This document shows, one piece after another, positions 9,335 through 15,875 of a stretch of 64,000 nt of DNA. Where the stretch lies: NCBI GenBank assembly GCA_038729485.1, contig JAVYRX010000001.1:44890-108889 (forward strand), given 5' to 3'. The stretch is from Thermoplasmatales archaeon. Lineage in GTDB: Archaea > Thermoplasmatota > Thermoplasmata > Thermoplasmatales > GCA-001856825. The notes under the pieces were generated by a model. The model worked only from the letters and a program-made list of their open reading frames with translations. It made no database searches and was not told where the DNA came from. Every line of letters begins with the position of its first letter. The first letter of the stretch is position 1. The translations under genes were made by a program, and so were the position numbers.

Positions 9335-10083
9335 AGGCAATCCTAGCACTGCTTCTCATAATCGCAGTTACCATTTTGTTCGTGCCGTCCTCTTCTGGAA
9401 ATGCTTCCGTTGGACCTGTAACAGTGGTCGGTCCATCTTCGGTAGCTGTAAATTCATCGTTCAACTATTCCGTTAACGTCCAGGAGATATTTACAAACTA
9501 TTCTGTGACTATGATAATGTCGGGATACAACCTCACAGGCGCTTCCCCGATATCACCAAGCTACGATAAGGATATTACGTCAGGACCGGCAGTTTTCACC
9601 ATTAAATCGCCTGCAACCCCAACGACGCTGTTTCTCTTCTTTCAGGTTGCTGCTGACCTGAGGGGAAAGCTGTATTACTACAACTTATCGTCAGTTGTGA
9701 AAGTCAATACTGTAACCGTCCTCACTGCGACGGTAAAGAATCCAACAGACTTTAACTTGACTGCAGTGAACGTCACCTTTAGCGTAAACGGGAAGTATGT
9801 GGGTAGCGATGTAGTCAATATATCTAAAAATTCGACAAAGAATGTCACTTATGAATGGATTTCCGGAAACCTTCCAACAGGCATATATACAGTAACCGTT
9901 GGGCTGAACAGCACTCTACTTCAGCTTGAGGGAGGAGGAAGTTACAGCTTCAGGGTTCAGGCTGGAAACCCGTTCGTTTCGTACATCTACATAGGCATTG
10001 CCGCATTCCTGATTATAATAGTAACAGTAATTCTAATATCCGGTTACTACGCGAGGAAGAGGAAGCCCAAGTGGAAGAAGTGA
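9331..10083 (+). CDS. Secreted, C-terminally anchored sequon-rich protein (putative surface glycoprotein)
   Basis: 250 aa. The TTG start overlaps the aglB TGA (cTTGAagg). N-terminal signal-like helix (MKAILALLLIIAVTILFVPSSSG). I count 12 N-x-S/T sequons. C-terminal TM plus ARKRKPKWKK. Confidence 0.6.
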   Translation: MKAILALLLIIAVTILFVPSSSGNASVGPVTVVGPSSVAVNSSFNYSVNVQEIFTNYSVTMIMSGYNLTGASPISPSYDKDITSGPAVFTIKSPATPTTLFLFFQVAADLRGKLYYYNLSSVVKVNTVTVLTATVKNPTDFNLTAVNVTFSVNGKYVGSDVVNISKNSTKNVTYEWISGNLPTGIYTVTVGLNSTLLQLEGGGSYSFRVQAGNPFVSYIYIGIAAFLIIIVTVILISGYYARKRKPKWKK

Positions 10084-10085
10084 AT

Positions 10086-10640
10086 TCAAAGTATGTGGTC
10101 GCTCAGAGCTATATTTACCGCTGATCTAGAGTCGTCCCCCCTCTTTGACGTCCTGGAGCTGCCCTTTTCATCGACGATTTGAAGATGAAATCCGTAAAGG
10201 CTCCTGATTATTTGATTCCTGTATCTCCTGTCGCCGTCACCTATCTTCACTATGAGATCTTTATGACTGCACTCATTGTTCACTCTCAGAACATAATTCC
10301 TTATTTCTCTGACGTCATAAATGCTTCTTCTGTCTATGACGATGTTATTTGCTAAAGTAGCAATACCGGGCATCGGACCAGGGTCTATGCCCACCACTAT
10401 CTCATGGCTATCGCCCGACTTGACCAGCTGCCTTATCCTGAATTCATCTAGTCCGTCTGTTTTGTAAACATTGCCCCCGCTTAAGTCCATGTCAGTCAAT
10501 ACAAGGTCAAAACTTGAATATCGGTCGCTCTCCCTCAGAGATACAAATGGCTGTCCGATGTTTTTCAACAGACACATCAGCCTGTTATATATCCTAAAGT
10601 CTTTTGTGAGGACGCCTACCTTCAATGCCTTCACATGCAA
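10086..10640 (-). CDS. Uncharacterised protein with RuvC/YqgF-like RNase H-fold motif (GIDPG) and short receiver-like N-terminus
   Basis: 184 aa. EIVVGIDPGPMPGIATL resembles the first strand/Asp motif of RuvC-like nucleases. The N-terminus (KVGVLTKDF...FDLVLTDMD) has a CheY-like beta-alpha pattern. No family assigned. Confidence 0.35.
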   Translation of the reverse strand: MHVKALKVGVLTKDFRIYNRLMCLLKNIGQPFVSLRESDRYSSFDLVLTDMDLSGGNVYKTDGLDEFRIRQLVKSGDSHEIVVGIDPGPMPGIATLANNIVIDRRSIYDVREIRNYVLRVNNECSHKDLIVKIGDGDRRYRNQIIRSLYGFHLQIVDEKGSSRTSKRGDDSRSAVNIALSDHIL

Positions 10641-10767
10641 AATTCATAAAAATATTTTGCGTTAAAATCCTTCCCTGAAAATTTATGCGGAGGCGGAATT
10701 CTTTTATGGGCTCCTTCAGATCCGTTAAGTCCATGAAACTTCAAAAATATCAGCTTCTATAAAAAAG

Positions 10768-11013
10768 TCAAAAGAGATAATCCGTCTTCTTCTTGCTCTC
10801 CACTTCTTCTAATTCATCCTGCGTTTCTATGTATATTATGTCAAGCATATTGATAAGGAAATTTTCCTTACCGTTCGAAACGTAAAAAAGCGGCTGAAAC
10901 GTATCAGAAAGACCCTTGAATTCCCCCTCCACGGTAATGCTTTCATTCCCCGCTCTAAGGATCACTTTTACCCTTGAACCCTCTTTCAGACTAAAATTGT
11001 GAAATTCCTTCAC
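10768..11013 (-). CDS. small hypothetical protein
   Basis: 81-aa ORF in an otherwise empty gap with an acidic C-terminus. No recognisable motif. Confidence 0.35.
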   Translation of the reverse strand: MKEFHNFSLKEGSRVKVILRAGNESITVEGEFKGLSDTFQPLFYVSNGKENFLINMLDIIYIETQDELEEVESKKKTDYLF

Positions 11014-11022
11014 GATAACACC

Positions 11023-11493
11023 TCACTTTACGACAAGAACTGCACATTTTGAGTTTGCAGCTACACGCTGACTGACTGAACCAAAGAAAACACCTCTGAG
11101 GAACCCCCTGCGCCTATTCCCAATCACTATCATATCCGGTTTCATTAAGTCTGCAAGTTCCAAGATTTCCTTTGCAGGATCCCCCTGCTTCAGGTATATT
11201 TTCACGTTCATCACTCCATTAGAAATGGCATAATCTTTTGCGTGATTTAATATTGTTTCTCCCCTTTCCTTGAGCGTGGCGAGCCTTTCCACTATCGTCA
11301 AATCCCCGGTAGGGTTTTCTCCTGTTACATATTGTACGGGATACGGTATAACCATAACTATATTCAGTTCTATATTGCTGCCCAGCTTTGCCAGAGAGAT
11401 GCCCATATCGAGAGCTCGCATGGAGGGCTTAGTTCCATCTATTGCTACGATTATTTTTGAAATGGGAAGTATTCCCATGGACCTCTTGTCCAT
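11023..11493 (-). CDS. universal stress protein (UspA family)
   Basis: 156 aa. KIIVAIDGT...IVIGNRRRG...GSVSQRVAANSKCAVLVVK is the classic Usp ATP-binding pattern. Confidence 0.8.
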   Translation of the reverse strand: MDKRSMGILPISKIIVAIDGTKPSMRALDMGISLAKLGSNIELNIVMVIPYPVQYVTGENPTGDLTIVERLATLKERGETILNHAKDYAISNGVMNVKIYLKQGDPAKEILELADLMKPDMIVIGNRRRGFLRGVFFGSVSQRVAANSKCAVLVVK

Positions 11494-11580
11494 GGAGAAA
11501 GATAACTCCTAATTGTATAAAAGTGATTTCTTTTCTTTCGCTAAAACTTTAATAACTCATGCACTGAACGTATGTAAGAG

Positions 11581-12207
11581 ATGAAGCCGGATTTGATATT
11601 GGACCAAATTGAAAGAATGGTCAGACCACACAAGGGGATATGGGAAGATCCTTTCAGAATCCTCATAACGGCAATTTTGTCCACAAGAACAAAGGATGAA
11701 GTAACTGACAGGGCTAGCCTGAGGTTGTTCTGCCGGTTTCCAACAGTCGAGGAGATTTCATCCGCTTCCGTCGATCAAGTAAGGGAATTGATAAAACCCG
11801 TGGGTTTCTACAAATCAAAGGCGAAGGCTGTTGTAGAAGCAGCAAAAATTATTGAGAGGAAATATCACGGAAGTGTTCCTGACAAAATGGAACATTTACT
11901 CGAAATCCCAGGCGTTGGAAGGAAGGTGGCAAGCATAGTTCTCTCCTACGGTTTAGGTGAAAATGCGATAGCAGTAGATACTCACGTACAAAGGGTGTCC
12001 TATAGGCTCGGATTGACGAACTCCCGAGACCCAGTGAAGACAGAGAAAACATTGAAAAGAAAGATAAGCGAGGAAAGATGGAATGAGATAAACACTTACT
12101 TCGTTTCTTTCGGAAAAACGATATGCAAACCGGTGAGGCCTAAATGCGATCTGTGCACACTTAAGTACGTGTGTAAATATTGGAAGAGACATGAAAATAG
12201 TCGTTGA
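11581..12207 (+). CDS. nth: endonuclease III (HhH-GPD DNA glycosylase/AP lyase with 4Fe-4S cluster)
   Basis: 208 aa. Has LLEIPGVGRKVASIVL (HhH), AVDTHV, and the C-terminal C-x6-C-x2-C-x5-C motif (CKPVRPKCDLCTLKYVC). Confidence 0.9.
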   Translation: MKPDLILDQIERMVRPHKGIWEDPFRILITAILSTRTKDEVTDRASLRLFCRFPTVEEISSASVDQVRELIKPVGFYKSKAKAVVEAAKIIERKYHGSVPDKMEHLLEIPGVGRKVASIVLSYGLGENAIAVDTHVQRVSYRLGLTNSRDPVKTEKTLKRKISEERWNEINTYFVSFGKTICKPVRPKCDLCTLKYVCKYWKRHENSR

Positions 12208-12697
12208 CACCTCATCTTTTTTTAACGGTTTCCTGCCGGACGGATCGAATGAGTACTTTACGACCAGATCCGTTCTTGAAGAAATAAAGGGGAAGGGAAT
12301 GAGGAGAAGCATTGAGATGAGAGCCAATTTTTTAGAGGTAGTTGAACCTACGGAAGCTTCGAAGTCCCTAGTTAGTGAAAAGGCAACGGAGACGGGAGAC
12401 ATTTCTGAACTGAGCTCAACTGACATAGATGTTCTGGCTCTTGCCGTTGATAAAAACGCTACGTTAATCACGAACGACCTGGCAATACAAAACGTTTGCA
12501 GATTGATTGGATTGAGATACGATTCGTTCAAAAGTAAGAATATTAAGAATGAGATAGAATGGGGATACAGATGCGTTGGCTGCGGAAGAAAATTTTCAAT
12601 TAGGGTTAAAGAGTGCCCTTACTGCGGAAGCGAGATTAGAAAATATCCCAAGAAGAAAAAGAAGTTATCTGATCCACCTGAATTTGTAAAGTATTAA
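12191..12697 (+). CDS. nob1: Nob1-like PIN-domain endonuclease with C-terminal zinc ribbon
   Basis: 168 aa. PIN start MKIVVDTSSF, TNDLAIQNV, and zinc ribbon CVGCGRKF...CPYCGS. Overlaps the nth end by 17 nt. Confidence 0.75.
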   Translation: MKIVVDTSSFFNGFLPDGSNEYFTTRSVLEEIKGKGMRRSIEMRANFLEVVEPTEASKSLVSEKATETGDISELSSTDIDVLALAVDKNATLITNDLAIQNVCRLIGLRYDSFKSKNIKNEIEWGYRCVGCGRKFSIRVKECPYCGSEIRKYPKKKKKLSDPPEFVKY

Positions 12698-13354
12698 GCT
12701 TCCGTCTTTCTTGGCAGCGTGAACATATGTTTTCCTAACGGAATGAGCTATCCTGATCCTTCCTACCAGATCTCTTGCGAGCGGTTCATCATCTAATGTG
12801 ACTAAAAAACTGGCGTGGGGAGATTTTTCGTACAGTCTGTAATCGCAGCCATATTTGATGCCCGTTTCAACCCTGTATCCACTATCCTGCAGGACATTTT
12901 TCAGGCTCTCATTTCCCTGCTTTTTATAGAGAAAAATCTCGGAGAGATACAAAAGGCAACCGTCCTCGTAAGTTATGCACAAATATGTTCTTTTGCCGAA
13001 TTTTTTGAATTGAACCCTTTCACCCTCGCCACATACCTCAATTGGTATCCTATTCCACCTCAGCTTCCCACCATAAAAATATGGATTCTTCCCGCCAAGC
13101 CTGAGGAATAGGTAGGCGTTTGCCATCCTTTTCTTGTCTTCGTCCATCACGTTGAATAACTCTTCTCCTTCCACCTTCTTCGTTCCCCTTAAGACTTCAA
13201 GTCTTCCTGATCTGACAAGATAGTATGATACAGGAAGACTGAGGGAAAGCTTTGTGCCAATGTCTCTTCCTTTGAATCCCCTGTTCCTTAATCTAGAGGC
13301 CGACTTTTCGTCCTCAATGACAACCCTGTTTCTTCTAAAGAGGCCGACGATCAT
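12665..13354 (-). CDS. endA: tRNA-splicing (bulge-helix-bulge) endonuclease
   Basis: 229 aa. GIKYGCDYRLYEKSPHASFLV...RIAHSVRKTYVHA...ILYKFRWIR closely parallels the catalytic domain of M. jannaschii EndA (GLKYGADFRLYER...RVAHSVRKKLL). Confidence 0.85.
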   Translation of the reverse strand: MIVGLFRRNRVVIEDEKSASRLRNRGFKGRDIGTKLSLSLPVSYYLVRSGRLEVLRGTKKVEGEELFNVMDEDKKRMANAYLFLRLGGKNPYFYGGKLRWNRIPIEVCGEGERVQFKKFGKRTYLCITYEDGCLLYLSEIFLYKKQGNESLKNVLQDSGYRVETGIKYGCDYRLYEKSPHASFLVTLDDEPLARDLVGRIRIAHSVRKTYVHAAKKDGSLILYKFRWIR

Positions 13355-13822
13355 TCAGGAAGACACCATCACAGTGAGCTTCTCGATCAGAAGCTTTATG
13401 TTTTCGCCTGTGACTGCCGAAACGGGCACTACTTCAACTTTTCCACCGACTATCTTCTTGACGTCCTCCGTCCAAAATGCCGCGGAGTAGTGAAGGTCGG
13501 ATTTGCACAGTGCTACTATGAACGTCTTATCAGAAATCATCTCTAACGTCTTTGGAAGAGAGTCCAAATCGCCCCTGTTGTTCGAATCAAGAGCCAGAAT
13601 ATACCCGGCTTTCTTTTCTGGAGCTGGGAGGTAATTAACTTCTTTGAAAAGGAATTGAATGCTGCTGCCGTCTTCAGTGACATAACTGTATCTCATGAAT
13701 TGGCCCGGAACCTGTGTGCATTCCTCCAGGGAGTCAAAAACTATCCTACATATTAGGCTTGTCTTCCCTGCTCCCCTTGGGCCTATGACAAGGATTTTCG
13801 ATATGTTGGGTATACCCCGCAT
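13355..13822 (-). CDS. small P-loop GTPase-like protein (divergent G4)
   Basis: 155 aa. G1 is GPRGAGKTS, G4-like is CKSD (instead of NKxD), G5-like is SAVTGENI. Its stop codon directly abuts the endA ATG (TGAATG). Confidence 0.55.
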   Translation of the reverse strand: MRGIPNISKILVIGPRGAGKTSLICRIVFDSLEECTQVPGQFMRYSYVTEDGSSIQFLFKEVNYLPAPEKKAGYILALDSNNRGDLDSLPKTLEMISDKTFIVALCKSDLHYSAAFWTEDVKKIVGGKVEVVPVSAVTGENIKLLIEKLTVMVSS

Positions 13823-13874
13823 GCGGCTTTCAATTGTAACCCCTATAAAATGTTTCTCTCAAGCCTCCTTTAAA

Positions 13875-14807
13875 TCATTTTGAAACATGTTGGAGATTTC
13901 TATTCCTAGAGGAGATTTGTCTGTAGCTCTTGTACATGCTCCCTATTCCGATGACCCCAACGACTAGTATCACCAGGAAAGTGGCAACCCCGAGCGAGTT
14001 AAGATTAGGTATGGGATTTCCAGTGCTTATGGCATAATCTTCAATGGAGGGAAAGGCCGCGATTGCTACCCCGATGAGCGCAAATGCTATTCCGCCGTAG
14101 TACAGGGTTTTTGCAGACGTAGATCTTCCCACGTATTTTATCTGATCGACGCTCAGCTTCTTCATTCTCATGATGTTGGCAAATAGAGCGCCGATAACGA
14201 CCTGCATTATCATGGTCCCAATGCCAAACATTACGCCTACAAGCGCCGCATAGTATATATTAGGCATCTGGGGGGCAAGGATAAATGTTATTATTGTTGC
14301 GAACCCCCCGAAACCCCATCCCGCAATGAATCCATGCACAAGCGCCATCTTCAACGGGATTGGCCTCGCAGTATTTTCGACTTCCCTCATGGGAACTCTT
14401 TCTGCCCTCGTTGTATGATGCAATGAACCGCCGAAGAGCCTGTCGAGCGGGATATGCAGATCTGTGCCTCTTATCAGGTAATAGCCAACTACAAGCATAA
14501 CCACTCCAACCACTATGTAAATGTATCCGTCAAGGTTATACCTCTCATATATGGTTGCAAACCCGGCAAATCCCAGGATTGTGAGAATCGCTCTTTGAGC
14601 AGTGAATCCAGCGGAGAACGTGAACCCGGCCCTCATACCACCTTTTGTACTGTAGCTACCAACGGAATAACTGAACGTTATTGGCCACGTATGTTCGTCA
14701 GGCGTAATCCCGTGAAGCATGCCTAGTATGAGTGCTATTATGAGAATGATGAAGGCAGAAAGTCCCGCTGGTGGATTCAGTAAGAAGGAAATTCCGAACA
14801 CTTTCAC
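13875..14807 (-). CDS. polytopic membrane protein, putative divalent-metal transporter (paralog of 45876..46838)
   Basis: 310 aa. Conserved HGITPDEHTWPITFSYSVG, SAGFTAQRAIL, ALVHGFIAGWGFGGFA, and a His-containing loop. Overlaps the upstream DtxR-family gene by 4 nt. Confidence 0.55.
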   Translation of the reverse strand: MKVFGISFLLNPPAGLSAFIILIIALILGMLHGITPDEHTWPITFSYSVGSYSTKGGMRAGFTFSAGFTAQRAILTILGFAGFATIYERYNLDGYIYIVVGVVMLVVGYYLIRGTDLHIPLDRLFGGSLHHTTRAERVPMREVENTARPIPLKMALVHGFIAGWGFGGFATIITFILAPQMPNIYYAALVGVMFGIGTMIMQVVIGALFANIMRMKKLSVDQIKYVGRSTSAKTLYYGGIAFALIGVAIAAFPSIEDYAISTGNPIPNLNSLGVATFLVILVVGVIGIGSMYKSYRQISSRNRNLQHVSK

Positions 14808-15220
14808 ATCTCCACTCGTATTGGCTTACCGTGGGGGCAGTTTTTTGGCTGCCCTATTTTGTTTAAAATTAGCTCGGCGTCCTTTTCGCTGAGAAGGAAG
14901 TCAACTTTGGCGGCCTCACCGCAGGCTGCATTCTTCTCCATACCGCTCTGGCACAGAAGCGTCTCTATGGTCCTGTGTATGAGCAGTATGTCCGAGACTT
15001 CTCTTGTTCCTTTCCTTGTCAAATGAACCATTCCATCCTTAGATTCTGTCAGTCCCTTTCTTTCAAGTCTTCTCACTATTCCAAGAGCGGTGGGAGGCTT
15101 TATACCTAGCATAGAAGCTATCTCATGCAAGCGGAGAGGGAACTCACTATCAGGGTTCTCGGCAAGTACCACTAGACAATCTCTTTCTCTCTTCGTGATT
15201 TCATTAGCTGCATATTCCAT
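14804..15220 (-). CDS. DtxR/MntR-family metal-dependent transcriptional regulator
   Basis: 138 aa. wHTH (LHEIASMLGIKPPTALGIVRRLERKGL), HRTIETLL dimerisation helix, C-terminal CPHGKPI. Confidence 0.8.
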   Translation of the reverse strand: MEYAANEITKRERDCLVVLAENPDSEFPLRLHEIASMLGIKPPTALGIVRRLERKGLTESKDGMVHLTRKGTREVSDILLIHRTIETLLCQSGMEKNAACGEAAKVDFLLSEKDAELILNKIGQPKNCPHGKPIRVEM

Positions 15221-15222
15221 TC

Positions 15223-15239
15223 GTTAGTATTGCACTAAC
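15223..15239 (-). promoter_or_regulatory. putative operator, inverted repeat GTTAGT-N5-ACTAAC between TATA-like box and start codon
   Basis: Minus-strand reading is TTTAATAATGTTAGTGCAATACTAACGAATG. The palindrome ends 2 nt before the ATG at 15220, with TTTAATAA just upstream. The same layout occurs at 45421-45453. Confidence 0.55.
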
Positions 15240-15323
15240 ATTATTAAACATTGTGAATCGAGGGAACCTCTTCAACCCAATATTAGAAAAAAGGATTAAG
15301 AAGAGTTGTAATTCACCTATGAA

Positions 15324-15866
15324 ATGCCACAGATGATTCCACGAAAGGTTTTCTTCGTAAGTGGGGTAGGGACGCACAGAAGCCAGCTGGGTTCATTCGA
15401 AAATGCACTAAGAAGCGCAGGCATAGCCATGTACAATCTCGTTGAGGTTAGTTCCATATTCCCTCCGTATGCGGAGCTCATAGATAGGGAAGAGGGCCTT
15501 AAGCAGCTAAAGGCAGGACAGATTTTATTCCTGGTTCTTGCAAGAAATAGTTCGAATGAACTCAACAGGTTGATAACCGCCTCAATAGGTCTAGCGATAC
15601 CGAGGAATAGGACTATGTACGGATATCTAAGTGAACACCACAGTTTCGGTGAGACACCAGAGACTGCTGGAAAATTTGCAGAGGAGCTCGCAGCGGAGAT
15701 GCTTGCGAGCACTATGGGCCTTGAATCCTACCAGCTAGGTGATAAAGGTGAGTATAGGCTTAACGACGCGATTCTTCTTACGACTAACGTAACGTCATCA
15801 TCCACAGTGAAACGCAAGGACGAATGGACTACCGTGGTTGCAGCTGCTGTGATGATATTGGACTGA
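15324..15866 (+). CDS. pdaD: pyruvoyl-dependent arginine decarboxylase
   Basis: 180 aa. FFVSGVG...[25 protein letters not shown] matches the PdaD self-cleavage (SS) region. Confidence 0.9.
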   Translation: MPQMIPRKVFFVSGVGTHRSQLGSFENALRSAGIAMYNLVEVSSIFPPYAELIDREEGLKQLKAGQILFLVLARNSSNELNRLITASIGLAIPRNRTMYGYLSEHHSFGETPETAGKFAEELAAEMLASTMGLESYQLGDKGEYRLNDAILLTTNVTSSSTVKRKDEWTTVVAAAVMILD

Positions 15867-15875
15867 GGTGCCTTA

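Noticed and set aside
11953-12531. 192-aa minus-strand ORF across nth/nob1
   Set aside because: It is antisense to two well-supported genes and has no recognisable features.
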